From an uncultured Bacteroidales bacterium (lineage in GTDB: Bacteria > Bacteroidota > Bacteroidia > Bacteroidales > FEN-979): 64,000 bases of DNA. The notes under the pieces are model-generated. The model was not told the DNA's origin and did no database searches. It saw nothing but the letters and a program-made list of their open reading frames with translations. Where the stretch lies: NCBI GenBank assembly GCA_903885595.1, contig CAISJJ010000158.1, positions 3,984 through 67,983 of the forward strand, in the 5' to 3' direction. Shown here piece by piece: positions 1 to 9,620 of this stretch (within the stretch, counting starts at the first letter, position 1; each line of letters starts with the position of its first letter). The position numbers and the translations under genes were made by a program.

Positions 1-2159
1 AGGTCAAAAGTATTGGACGGGCCCGTTTTCACTGTGTTTTCGTCATCATTCCACTGGAAGTCCTTGTAGTTGAAGGTCAGCGTAACCTGGATGATCCGGT
101 TGTTCCACCAGATACCTGCAAAAGCCTGGTTGCGCGGGACCTCCACAATGTATTTTCCCGTGAGGTCCTTGCTGTCCGCCGGTGAATCGAACGAAGTGAT
201 CCTGGAATCGTTGTATGCATAATTGGCAACCAACCGTAACTCTTTTAAGATCTGCCATCGCCCAGAGATCTCTGCCCCGATGATACGCACCCCGCTTACA
301 TTTTCACGCCTGATGATGGGTTTGTCTTTGTCCCCGCCGGTATTGATGCTGTCGCCGGTGCTCACGAAATATTGAAAATCATGACCGTATGACAGATACA
401 CTGATGGCTGGAAACTGATAGCGGGAGCAGGGCTCCAGTCGACACCCGCTTCGTAATTATCGATGGTTTCGGGTTTGAGCTGTGGGTTTGCCAGTTTGAA
501 ACCTTTGGTCACATTCCCGTTCTTGCACATGTCGTCAAGCATGGCTGGCCTGAAGCCCCGTGAATAGGAGAGATAGCCATTGATGTTTCTTGAAAACATG
601 TATTTCAGCCCGATTTTCGGACTCAGCGCCTGCCATGTGGCATCACTGAATGTGGTGGGATAATCAGCCATGAACTCAGTCAGCGTTGTTGGCTCCTCTA
701 TGACGAACGACCCGTCATGAAACCTGGCGATATCATATCTGAGTCCGGCCAGCAGGATCAGCCGTTCCGGCACAATATGCCATTCGTACTCACCAAAGAG
801 AGCGAAGAAATCCATTTTCCCCTTGTTCTGCAGCACATCCGTTGCAGTAAGATAAGTGTCAGAGGCATCTACACTTCCCGAACGGATATCCAGTCCCAGA
901 GTATAAGTCATCCGGTGCTTGCCATGCAGGGTTAGATTTGACCAGATCCCCTGGTCGATCCGGCGGGAATCGGTTTGATAAAGGGTGTACTTATTGCCTT
1001 TTTTCGCTGCCATCGATTCACTAAGCCGGTGGTAGAACTCATTCTGGTAATAGGCGCTCACCAGTAATTCAGCCTTTCTGAAAATGTTGCTGCTGGTAAC
1101 CCTGACGGCATGCGTTGGATACTCATTGTAACCTCCGCCGGGTTCATACACTTCGAAACCATCGTAACGCCTGTCATTGAAATAGCTGTATTCAATCTCG
1201 GTATAGCTTTGCTTCCCGTATTGATACCCTATTTTTGCAGCCGCCAGGCCCTCTTTCAATCCATTCTTCACGTCCATGCTGTCGCGGGTTTCATCGGGAA
1301 CCATGATGTATCCGTCGCCCTGCCTGTAAAAACCATTCAGGGTATAATAAAACCCTTTATCCTGAGCATCCGATTTTTCCGGGATTCCTGATGCAACCGT
1401 TGTGCTTAAATTGTCCTGTTCGCCGAACTCGTCTTTAATTCCCGATCTGACCTGTTTCCCTGATTTGACTTGTAAAGCTGACCTGTTTTGTGCCTCTGAT
1501 TTGACTTCTTTTCCTGACTTATCCCTTGTTCTAAACTTACCTCCTATGCTGAAAAGCCCTCCGAAAGTATTGCAGGAACCATAGAAAGCCTTCACCTGCC
1601 CCTGCAGTAAAGAAGACGGACGGTTGGTAATGATGTTTATCACACCTCCCATGGCATTGCTTCCATAAACCGAAGATGTAGGTCCTTTTGATACCTCGAT
1701 CCGGTTGATGAATTCGGGGATGATCCGGTTCCAGTTGAGACCTCCGCCATCGGCCTTATTCAGGGGAATCCCGTCGAGCAGAACAAGGGTTCTTGGACTC
1801 CCGTTCAACCCGCGCATAGTGATGCTTGCATTTTTGGAAAAGATGCCGTTCGAACGATCAATGTTTGCTCCCGGAACCAGTTCAAGCATGGCGTCGGCGG
1901 TAATAACAGGCATGATGTTTATCTCTTTACTGCTTATGGAGGAAAGACGCACCGGAATATCATCGGTTTTGTGTTGTGTTCTGGTCGCAGTTACAAAGAA
2001 TTCAGGCAGGTCATTGGTCCAGGCTCGTCGCGTAGTATCAGCGGATGCTGAATCGGAAATGCTGCCGGTTTTCCCATAACCAAAGTCGGCGCTCAGAAGA
2101 AAAATTCCGCATGTCAGCCATGTTCGAAACATGTTCCGGTAACTCTTGGTTATTTTCAT
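1..2159 (-). CDS. TonB-dependent receptor, 3' end cut by the window edge
   Basis: The frame stays open from the ATG at 2159 to position 1, so it is absent from the supplied ORF track. My reverse translation reads MKITKSYRNMFRTWLTCGIFLLSA..., then the plug-domain signatures ITMRGLNGSPRTLVLLDGIPLN and INRIEVSKGPTSSVYGSNAMGGVINIITN, then barrel-like sequence. ORF 46..258 is an off-frame shadow. Confidence 0.85.
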   Translation of the reverse strand, partial: MKITKSYRNMFRTWLTCGIFLLSADFGYGKTGSISDSASADTTRRAWTNDLPEFFVTATRTQHKTDDIPVRLSSISSKEINIMPVITADAMLELVPGANIDRSNGIFSKNASITMRGLNGSPRTLVLLDGIPLNKADGGGLNWNRIIPEFINRIEVSKGPTSSVYGSNAMGGVINIITNRPSSLLQGQVKAFYGSCNTFGGLFSIGGKFRTRDKSGKEVKSEAQNRSALQVKSGKQVRSGIKDEFGEQDNLSTTVASGIPEKSDAQDKGFYYTLNGFYRQGDGYIMVPDETRDSMDVKNGLKEGLAAAKIGYQYGKQSYTEIEYSYFNDRRYDGFEVYEPGGGYNEYPTHAVRVTSSNIFRKAELLVSAYYQNEFYHRLSESMAAKKGNKYTLYQTDSRRIDQGIWSNLTLHGKHRMTYTLGLDIRSGSVDASDTYLTATDVLQNKGKMDFFALFGEYEWHIVPERLILLAGLRYDIARFHDGSFVIEEPTTLTEFMADYPTTFSDATWQALSPKIGLKYMFSRNINGYLSYSRGFRPAMLDDMCKNGNVTKGFKLANPQLKPETIDNYEAGVDWSPAPAISFQPSVYLSYGHDFQYFVSTGDSINTGGDKDKPIIRRENVSGVRIIGAEISGRWQILKELRLVANYAYNDSRITSFDSPADSKDLTGKYIVEVPRNQAFAGIWWNNRIIQVTLTFNYKDFQWNDDENTVKTGPSNTFD

Positions 2160-2198
2160 TTCATCACGCTGATAAATAATGCCATTTTTGCAAAGGTC

Positions 2199-3140
2199 TC
2201 ATTCCTGGATTTTAACAGTCATCTTTACTGATCCGGATGGTGACGGAATAACATCCTCTATTTTAATAAGGCCCAACTTCCCCGCAGGACTCCGAAACGA
2301 AAATACCATCCCCGGCTGGACATATTTTCCCTTCTTTTTTCCTGCCGCAGGTTCGTAAGCAGAAAGGATCAGGCTGTCATTCAGCGACTGGTCGAAAACC
2401 TGTGACTGAATCATCGTCGTGTCGTAACGGGTTTCGTTCTTAAAAGTCCAGTTTGCAATGCCTTCCGGCCCGGTGAAAAAGCCTGGGGCTTCCGCTTCAT
2501 TGGGCGATGCCAGGGTTCCCTCATACTGACCGTAATAGTAAACAATATCTGCCATGGGCTGATTTTCAAAGGCCTGCGTCAGGATCATGACCGAGGTGTC
2601 AGTCAGGGAGAAAAAACTCCCAATAGTTGAATTCTCCTGGGCTCCGAGGATGATGTCATGCATCGTCCTGATTTTTCCCCATTTTGAACTATCTGATTTC
2701 GTGAAAACAATCTGAACGCTTTGTTCAATCCGGTTCCGGTCCATAATCACGAAGGTCCATTGCTCCTGAGGGGCATTGGTTTTGATCACCTCAAGATTAT
2801 AAATCAGGGATGGTGTATTCATGCCGGAATCGAGCAGGATCTGGCTTTTACCATCATTGAACCTGACCGAAAAATAGGTCAGATTTGCATTGGTAGTGGC
2901 AGCACGGATGCCGATTTTTACCTTCTGGCCTGCCTGGAGGATCGTATCATGTGATGTATAGCCCTGTTCAGAAATAAAGGAGATGACCGGGGCGACCTGC
3001 GCCGGGTCTTTTTTACATGAGGACAGTGATAAAATGAGCATTGCGATCGGAATCATTATCTGCATAGACCAAAAGTGTCCCATTGTTAAGCAACGATAGG
3101 GTGATTTTTGCATATCGCGGGTAACATTTTTCCGGATCAT
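2199..3140 (-). CDS. Lipoprotein of unknown function, directly upstream of the TonB-dependent receptor
   Basis: 313-aa ORF with a hydrophobic leader ending in the lipobox-like LILSLSS-C-KKD. The true start is probably an internal Met (3113, 3083 or 3065). It lies 39 nt upstream of the receptor gene on the same strand. No family recognised. Confidence 0.6.
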   Translation of the reverse strand: MIRKNVTRDMQKSPYRCLTMGHFWSMQIMIPIAMLILSLSSCKKDPAQVAPVISFISEQGYTSHDTILQAGQKVKIGIRAATTNANLTYFSVRFNDGKSQILLDSGMNTPSLIYNLEVIKTNAPQEQWTFVIMDRNRIEQSVQIVFTKSDSSKWGKIRTMHDIILGAQENSTIGSFFSLTDTSVMILTQAFENQPMADIVYYYGQYEGTLASPNEAEAPGFFTGPEGIANWTFKNETRYDTTMIQSQVFDQSLNDSLILSAYEPAAGKKKGKYVQPGMVFSFRSPAGKLGLIKIEDVIPSPSGSVKMTVKIQE

Positions 3141-3276
3141 TTTTTACTTTATGATTGTTTTAAGTTTTTAGATTATTGGTTTTATGATTGTATGGAAAAA
3201 TGAACATGGTCCCTTCTTTGTGTTCATTGTGGTTAATTTCGTTTATTCTTGAAAATTCAGATAGTCTCCGGATACA

Positions 3277-3867
3277 TCACGATTTTTTATGTGCCAGGGT
3301 GAGCAATCCGGCTGCGATCAGCCCGCCGGCCACACCAAAAATGAAGTGGGTGACGAAGGGATAGACATATCCGCTGCGGAATGCGCCCATGGGCATCTCA
3401 ACAACAAGTGACATGGCGAGACGGAATAGCGGGATAAAAATCCAGCAGGCGCCGGTAACAATGGCCAGAATCCATTCCCGGGAGGTGAACCTGGAGAAAA
3501 ATCCGGGGACGATGTCCATGAGGCACCCCAGGAAAAGGTAATTCAACGCCATAAAAGGGTCATGAAATCCTAATCCGGGCATGAGAAGCAAGGTGGCGGC
3601 GCCGATTCCTGATAAACTGGCAGCAAAAGGGAATTTCGATAAACCTTTCCCTGTAACGATCAGGGCAACGAACAAAAGTCCCTGTTTACCAGGTAGATGC
3701 ATGGGCATCCGGAGTTTGGCATGGAGGATTACTGCAATCATGCCCAGCCCGAGCAGAAAGATGATCTCAACGGCCGAGGCAACCGTGCTATTCGGAAATA
3801 CTTTTGATATAGTCTTTTGAAGCGGACTGGTATTCATAAGGTTCAGTATTATCTGTTTTTTCTGCAA
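3277..3867 (-). CDS. Polytopic membrane protein, unknown function
   Basis: 196-aa ORF with about 5-6 hydrophobic helices (AVEIIFLLGLGMIAVIL, GLLFVALIVTG, IGAATLLLMPGLG, ILAIVTGACWIFIPLF, FIFGVAGGLIAAGLLTL). Its 5' end overlaps the preceding ORF by 50-80 nt, depending on whether the start is 3867 or 3837. Confidence 0.6.
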   Translation of the reverse strand: MQKKQIILNLMNTSPLQKTISKVFPNSTVASAVEIIFLLGLGMIAVILHAKLRMPMHLPGKQGLLFVALIVTGKGLSKFPFAASLSGIGAATLLLMPGLGFHDPFMALNYLFLGCLMDIVPGFFSRFTSREWILAIVTGACWIFIPLFRLAMSLVVEMPMGAFRSGYVYPFVTHFIFGVAGGLIAAGLLTLAHKKS

Positions 3868-4741
3868 TTAGTGTTATCTTCCCACCGATCATGACCGGCC
3901 TGCACCATTCTGAGATCCTGATCACTGATGACAGATCAGGCGCCGGAAACTCCTTCTCAGCAACCATGTCCGTGGTAACGGCTGACATGTGGTGGTAACG
4001 TTCAATCACCCGGTCAATGCCTGCCCGTTCCAGGAATTCACGGATCGGAAATTCACCTGTCGTTTCACGGAGGTTTCGTGTCCAAAGGAGCCTGCCATCA
4101 TTTCCACCTGCACGAAGCCCAACCGCTGCCAGTGAACCGATCAACCCGATGCGGGTATTCAGGAAGCCTTCCAGGTAAACGGAGGTATTCACGATCATGC
4201 GATAAGCATCATGGATTGAGAGGATTTCACGTTTGGCGCGGTTTCCAAAATCTACGATGGCAGGGGTAACCTCTTCTTCCGGGGCCACGCATAAACCCGC
4301 ATCGGAATCAAATGCGCTTTCGCGTTTAAGGAAAATTTTTGCGTGTTCGATCAGTTCATTGATGTTGCCTGTGCATATCCCGGCCAGGCAGGCGGAGCTA
4401 TTGTGTGAGGTGAACGGGATCCTTTTGTCGACAAGTAACTGATGGCGGGAAACCGACTTCATCTCAAATAACCCCGCCTCAGCAAGGGATTGACCAAGCA
4501 TCCGGGCATGGAAACCTGTACCCCGGGTTTCGAGGTTATCCGTATCATCTATCCCGATAAAAATATTCAAAGGGTTACAATTATAATTGATATTGCAAAA
4601 TAAAGTATTTTTTTCGAATGGCCATTTATTGCATAACGAAGTTAGAACGGGTTTAAATTGAATTTGGCTGAATCTATCAGGCATATATATCGAACAATAA
4701 ACTAAGGTGGCCTGGACTGGATCTTTGATCAGGGCAACCAT
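3788..4741 (-). CDS. TiaS N-terminal (kinase-like catalytic) domain-like protein, function unknown
   Basis: The ORF-track start at 4741 lies in AT-rich sequence. An in-frame TTG at 4570 gives (M)NIFIGIDDTDNLETRGTG..., which is the GIDDTD motif that opens the catalytic domain of archaeal tRNA(Ile2) agmatidine synthetase TiaS. The protein is only about 260 aa and I see no OB or Zn-ribbon tail. The assignment rests on one motif plus length. Confidence 0.35.
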   Translation of the reverse strand: MVALIKDPVQATLVYCSIYMPDRFSQIQFKPVLTSLCNKWPFEKNTLFCNINYNCNPLNIFIGIDDTDNLETRGTGFHARMLGQSLAEAGLFEMKSVSRHQLLVDKRIPFTSHNSSACLAGICTGNINELIEHAKIFLKRESAFDSDAGLCVAPEEEVTPAIVDFGNRAKREILSIHDAYRMIVNTSVYLEGFLNTRIGLIGSLAAVGLRAGGNDGRLLWTRNLRETTGEFPIREFLERAGIDRVIERYHHMSAVTTDMVAEKEFPAPDLSSVIRISEWCRPVMIGGKITLIAEKTDNTEPYEYQSASKDYIKSISE

Positions 4742-4754
4742 TCCAAGGAGGCTT

Positions 4755-6752
4755 TTACCGGAAATGCTTCAGGATAACCCTAAGCAATTTTGATTCATCG
4801 AACGGTTTCGAAATAAAATCATTCATGCCGGCCTTTATGCATTTATCCTCTTCTCCTTTCAAAGCATTGGCTGTCAGGGCCACAATTGGAACCTTGGCGC
4901 TGATTTCACTGCGGATAATTTTGGTCGCAGTCAGCCCGTCCATCACCGGCATTTGCATGTCCATCAGCACCAGGTCGTAATGGTTTGACTTCAGGAGGTC
5001 AATTGCCAGCTGGCCATTGATGGCCTCGGTCACAATAACACCATGCATTTTCAGGATCGTGCTGGCAACCAGCCGGTTCAGCCGGTTGTCTTCGACCAGC
5101 AGGATCTCCTTGCCCCGCAGGAGACCCAGGTTCACCGGCATCTCATCCTTCACTGGCAGATCGCGATCCATGCCCAATGGGAATGACAGGCAAATTACAA
5201 TCTTTGTTCCGTAGCCTTTGCGACTTTCAATCCCAATCGTGCCTTGCATCAGTCCAACCAGCTGGTGTGTGATAGCCATTCCAAGACCAGTGCCTCCATA
5301 TTTTCTGGCAGTGTTCACATTTTCCTGGGAAAACTTTTGAAAGATGCTTTTCAGGAATTTTTTATCCATTCCGATACCAGTATCCTCAACGATGATTTTC
5401 AACTGTTGTTCAGTTTCAGTCTTGGCTGAAACCATACAGGATAGCCGGATAGTGCCATTCTCGGTAAATTTGATGGAGTTGCTTAAAAGGTTCAGGATGA
5501 TCTGGTTCACCCTAAAAGGATCACCAACGAGCACTGGTGCAAGGTCTTCATCGGTTTCAAGAATAAAATCGAGACCTTTTGATCGCGCATTCGGGGATAA
5601 AATGTTTTCAACCTGATAAAGTAGCTCCTTAATGTCAAAACCGATTTTCTCGAGCGGCAACTTCCCTGATTCAATTTTCGAAAAGTCAAGGATATCATTG
5701 ATGATGACAAGGAGGTTATCGGCTGCAGTATTGATAGCGCCGAGGAATGATTCCTGCTGGGGATCAAGGCTGGTTTTAATCAATTGTCTCCCGAGTCCAA
5801 GTATGGCATTCATGGGCGTACGGATCTCATGACTCATATTGGCCAGAAAAACCTCCTTTTCGCGCGCAGTCTCCTCGGCAAGTTTCTTGGCTTCCGTCAG
5901 GTTATGTTCAAGGTCTTTTTGTAATGTAATATCGAGATGGATTCCAATTGAACCTATTAGTGTTCCATTATCATCGAACAATGGTGCACCGCTGATCAGC
6001 CACCATTTCGACTCTCCGCTGCGGTTGTCCACATTGACTTCATAGGCATCAGAAATACCCCTTTCACGCATCTGGTTTTTTTCCCTGATAATGTTTTTAT
6101 CCTGGCCTTTTTCCTGCATGAACAGGTCTTCAGCCACAACTCCAAGGAGTTCAGCCACCTCATACCCCGACATCTTGCAGAAGCTCTGGTTTGCATACAG
6201 GATACGACCTGCCAGATCGACCTCCAGCAATCCCAGGTTCATATTCTCGATAATCCCTCGGTATTTTTCTTCCCTTCGTTTCAGAACCATCTCTGAATTT
6301 TTGCGGGCAGTTACATCCCGGTAATTCCATAGGTGACCCCGGTAATCTCCTTCAATGAAAACCGGGATGTAATCACGGTTGAAAATACGGCCGTCTGCGA
6401 GCTGCAATTCCTCCTGGAGAACCAGCTTGCGATCGTGCAATAATTGGATAATACGGTTCACAAACCGTTCAGGCTCGGCAAAAAGATATTTGGTTTGCTC
6501 AGCTGATTCAGAACAGTCCCAGCCGATCATTTCCGATGGCTGAAAAGGCATCCCGAAGAGGTCGCAGAAATGCTGGTTGATGAGGAGAATATGCCTGGTT
6601 TCATCTTCAACCAGCACCCCGGTTTGTAAATTGAGGATGAGTGAATTCATCCTGTTTACCGCGGTGGTGAGTTCACTGACATTTCGTTCTGCCTTGATAC
6701 GGGCAGCACGTTCATCTTCCAGCTCTTTTCTAATCTTTTCCAGCTCGTCCAT
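4755..6752 (-). CDS. Cytoplasmic hybrid sensor histidine kinase (coiled coil, PAS x2, HisKA, HATPase, receiver)
   Basis: 665 aa. H-box MSHEIRTPMNAILG, ATPase G-box GGTGLGMAITHQLV, and a C-terminal receiver ILLVEDNRLN...DLVLMDMQMPVMDG...SKPF. No TM segment and no DNA-binding output. Confidence 0.9.
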   Translation of the reverse strand: MDELEKIRKELEDERAARIKAERNVSELTTAVNRMNSLILNLQTGVLVEDETRHILLINQHFCDLFGMPFQPSEMIGWDCSESAEQTKYLFAEPERFVNRIIQLLHDRKLVLQEELQLADGRIFNRDYIPVFIEGDYRGHLWNYRDVTARKNSEMVLKRREEKYRGIIENMNLGLLEVDLAGRILYANQSFCKMSGYEVAELLGVVAEDLFMQEKGQDKNIIREKNQMRERGISDAYEVNVDNRSGESKWWLISGAPLFDDNGTLIGSIGIHLDITLQKDLEHNLTEAKKLAEETAREKEVFLANMSHEIRTPMNAILGLGRQLIKTSLDPQQESFLGAINTAADNLLVIINDILDFSKIESGKLPLEKIGFDIKELLYQVENILSPNARSKGLDFILETDEDLAPVLVGDPFRVNQIILNLLSNSIKFTENGTIRLSCMVSAKTETEQQLKIIVEDTGIGMDKKFLKSIFQKFSQENVNTARKYGGTGLGMAITHQLVGLMQGTIGIESRKGYGTKIVICLSFPLGMDRDLPVKDEMPVNLGLLRGKEILLVEDNRLNRLVASTILKMHGVIVTEAINGQLAIDLLKSNHYDLVLMDMQMPVMDGLTATKIIRSEISAKVPIVALTANALKGEEDKCIKAGMNDFISKPFDESKLLRVILKHFR

Positions 6753-6943
6753 ACTTCAATGTAAGCAAATTAAACGCGGGCACCAGGTGCAATCAGAATT
6801 TCCGTGTTTTGCAAATTTAATATTATTAATCCATTAAAGCCTTTCCCAATAAGCATGATTTTACGGCTGCATCTCCCGACCAGGTCGGAAGCACTCCGGT
6901 AGCATGTCGGTAGCACTCTATACCTTGATTGTTCAATGATGAT

Positions 6944-6986
6944 ACAATGATTGCAGAACAATGATATAATGATTGCAGAACAATGA
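6944..6986. repeat. Tandem 22-bp word repeat (acaatgattgcagaacaatgat x2); a third unit resumes at 7145-7164 after the MITE
   Basis: Direct reading: units at 6944-6965 and 6966-6987, with a related 19-bp unit acaatgattgaacaatgat beyond the inserted element. Confidence 0.8.
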
Positions 6987-7140
6987 TGAGGCTGGTTTAA
7001 AAAGCAAAAATCACCTCACCCTAACCCTCTCCTAAAGGAGAGGGAATTCCCCTTCTCCTTCAAGGAGAAGGGGTTAGGGGATGAGGTCAATTTGATAAAC
7101 TTTCTTTTTTCGCGATCATAGCGTTTTTATACTGGACTCA
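6987..7140. mobile_element. MITE-like foldback element, family A, copy 1 (154 bp)
   Basis: About 90% identical (manual alignment, about 15 differences) to the reverse complement of 12050-12202. Imperfect terminal inverted repeats (tgaggctggtttaaaaagc / tgagtccagtataaaaacgc). Flanked by the direct 4-bp duplication ATGA (6983-6986 and 7141-7144). The interior is a double hairpin (ccctctcc-taaa-ggagaggg and ccccttctcc-ttcaa-ggagaagggg). No coding capacity. Confidence 0.75.
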
Positions 7141-7172
7141 ATGATACAATGATTGAACAATGATCCTGGATT

Positions 7173-9620
7173 TTATTCCGTAATTATTTTAGTCGTATCC
7201 TGTATCAACCCGCTGCTGGTTGCAGTTATCCCCACTTCTCCCTTCTTAAGCTCCGACCGGATGATCAGCATTGCCTTGCCGTAAAAAAGGTGAATCTGAT
7301 TGGATTGGAATGGTTCAAAAGACTGCGGGTTCCCATTGCCCACACCGGCGATGGTGCCAGGGCCTGAGATGTTCAGCTCAACCAGGTTGTTGGCCAGCGG
7401 GCATGGATTCCCATCCTTGTCAAGCGCTTCGATCAGAATGAACGAGAGGTCATTCCCGTCGGTCACAATTGTTGTGCGGTCGGGTGTCAGCCTGATTTTG
7501 TAAGGATCGCCAACGGTTTTGACAACATATTCTCCGATCCTTATACCATCTTTGTAGGCAATTGCTTTGAGTGTGCCCGTTTCATAGGTAACCTCGTTCC
7601 ACATCAAACGGAACCGTTCCACTGAATTTTTCGAGCCAGGTACCTTGCATTTCTTTCCCAATGATTTACCGTTGAGAAACAATTCGGCGCAATCGCCATT
7701 GGTATAAACGAAAACCGGAATGCTGGTTCCCTCTTTGCCTGCCCAGTTCCAGTGTGGCAGGATGTGAATTGTGGTCTCTTCTGGCTTCCAGTAACTTTTA
7801 TAAAGGTAGTAACGGTCTTTGGGGATTCCGCACAGGTCGAAGATTCCGAAATAGGAACTGTATGCTGCCTCCTTGTCGGTCATGCCGTGAGCCTTTGTCC
7901 ATTCATTGGTGTAGGGCGTTGGCTCGCCCAGATAGTCAAAACCTGTCCACACGAACTCGCCGGCAACATAAGGTTCATCCTGCTGCCACATGAAATCGTC
8001 GTCCGATATTTCTGCCCACTCCGGGGCATTCAGATCATAAGAGCTTACCTGGAGGGAGTTGGTGAAATCGGTTTTCTTCGCCGGTAGCGGCAATTCATAA
8101 AAACCGCGGGTGCTCACGGTGGATGCCGATTCACTGATGATCACCGATTTTGATGGTTCCATTTTCCGGGCAAGATCATAACGGCGGCCATAGTTCCAGC
8201 AATGTACATCATAGAAATCGAAATGCCGCTTCTCCGCGCTTTTACGGCTGTCGCAAACCATGGTGGTCGGGCGGGTTTCATCATATTGCTTAACGTACTT
8301 CAGCATGGTTTTCAACTGGTCAAAGCCGTTGTTCAGGTTCCACTGCACATCACCCATCTCGTTACCCACGCTCCAGATGAAAACCGAGGGATGATTGCGA
8401 TCGCGTACCACGAAATTCCGGATGTTCCTCTCTGCAAATTCTTCAAAAACGGTTTTCTCACCAATGTCGGCCTTATGGTCATACTTGTCGAACACTTCGT
8501 TAAATACCAGCAACCCCATCTTGTCGCATAGCTCGAGGAGTTCCGGTGCGGCCACGTTATGGCTTGTTCTGATTGCATTGCAGCCCATTGATTTCAGTAA
8601 TTCCAGCTGGCGCTCCATTGCCCGGGTATTGAAAGCTGCGCCCAGGGGTCCAAAGTCATGATGAAGATTAACCCCCTTAAGCTGAACCCTTCGTCCGTTA
8701 AGGTAAAATCCGTCATCGGCAGTAAATTGAATGGTACGGATCCCGAAAAGTGTTGAGCAGGTATCCAGAATTTCCCCACCGGAACTGATAATTGTTTTAA
8801 CAGAATAAAGCGCACCATGGTTCACATCCCAACGGTCGGGATCTGGCACCGGGATGGCAAATTCAAAATCGGTGCGTTCACCCGGTTTGACGTTGCCCCG
8901 GATCATTTTTCTGCCGACCTCATTTCCTGCAGGACTAAAGATGATGTTCTCAATTTTTATTTCATCCCCAGGCGTTACCGCACTGTTTTTCACCATGGTG
9001 ATAATCTTTACATCAGCCTGGTCATCCTTCACAACCGGTGTGGTGACATATGTGCCCCAGATATCCACATGCATCGGGTTCACCGCAATCATCTGTATCT
9101 TTCTGAAAATACCCGCCCCGGGATACCACCTGCTGTCGTGATTCCGGGTGTCGGCATGTATGGCGATCGTATTTGGTTCGTTCATTTGAACCAGCCCGGT
9201 AATATCAAGATAAAAGGAGTTATAACCATAATCCCAGCTTCCAGCACGTTTTCCGTTGATATAGATTTCAGGGGCCGACATGATGCCATCGAAAAGCAGG
9301 TAAATAGTTTGCCTCGCCCACCGCCCGGGAATCTCCAGGGTGTTCCGGTACCAACCTTCTCCTTTCCATGGAAGTTTGCCGGTATTTCCGTCACCGTCGG
9401 GGATAAACGGTCCCGAAATAGCCCAGTCGTGCGGGATGGAAACTTGCTGCCATTTTGAGTCATCAAATTTTACCTGCCATGCATTTTCCTGCGGACCTTT
9501 GGCAAATTTCCAGTTCGACTGCAGCGTGACTACTTCCCGGGCTTGAGCTGAAGACATGAATAAAATAGATGTAAACAATGAAAGTAAAAAAAAACTAACC
9601 CAGAGATTCAACGACCTCAC
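7173..9620 (-). CDS. Glycoside hydrolase family 2 (beta-galactosidase-like), secreted
   Basis: GH2 motifs: WKFAKGP...WQQVSIPHDWAISGPF, NGKRAGSWDYGYNSFYLDITG, RDRNHPSVFIWSVGNEMG. The track ORF extends to 9857, but those 79 extra codons translate hairpin repeats. The in-frame GTG at 9620 (or TTG at 9611) gives the good signal peptide (M)RSLNLWVSFFLLSLFTSILFMSSAQA. Confidence 0.85.
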   Translation of the reverse strand: MRSLNLWVSFFLLSLFTSILFMSSAQAREVVTLQSNWKFAKGPQENAWQVKFDDSKWQQVSIPHDWAISGPFIPDGDGNTGKLPWKGEGWYRNTLEIPGRWARQTIYLLFDGIMSAPEIYINGKRAGSWDYGYNSFYLDITGLVQMNEPNTIAIHADTRNHDSRWYPGAGIFRKIQMIAVNPMHVDIWGTYVTTPVVKDDQADVKIITMVKNSAVTPGDEIKIENIIFSPAGNEVGRKMIRGNVKPGERTDFEFAIPVPDPDRWDVNHGALYSVKTIISSGGEILDTCSTLFGIRTIQFTADDGFYLNGRRVQLKGVNLHHDFGPLGAAFNTRAMERQLELLKSMGCNAIRTSHNVAAPELLELCDKMGLLVFNEVFDKYDHKADIGEKTVFEEFAERNIRNFVVRDRNHPSVFIWSVGNEMGDVQWNLNNGFDQLKTMLKYVKQYDETRPTTMVCDSRKSAEKRHFDFYDVHCWNYGRRYDLARKMEPSKSVIISESASTVSTRGFYELPLPAKKTDFTNSLQVSSYDLNAPEWAEISDDDFMWQQDEPYVAGEFVWTGFDYLGEPTPYTNEWTKAHGMTDKEAAYSSYFGIFDLCGIPKDRYYLYKSYWKPEETTIHILPHWNWAGKEGTSIPVFVYTNGDCAELFLNGKSLGKKCKVPGSKNSVERFRLMWNEVTYETGTLKAIAYKDGIRIGEYVVKTVGDPYKIRLTPDRTTIVTDGNDLSFILIEALDKDGNPCPLANNLVELNISGPGTIAGVGNGNPQSFEPFQSNQIHLFYGKAMLIIRSELKKGEVGITATSSGLIQDTTKIITE

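Noticed and set aside
8817-9458. Long antisense ORFs inside real genes (8817..9458, 36715..37350, 19346..19843, 52121..52621, 43086..43571, 42601..43017, 25201..25699, 1705..2079, 1110..1391)
   Set aside because: They lie entirely within, and opposite to, ORFs with clear family motifs. Their translations are low-complexity or lack recognisable motifs, which is typical of shadow ORFs.
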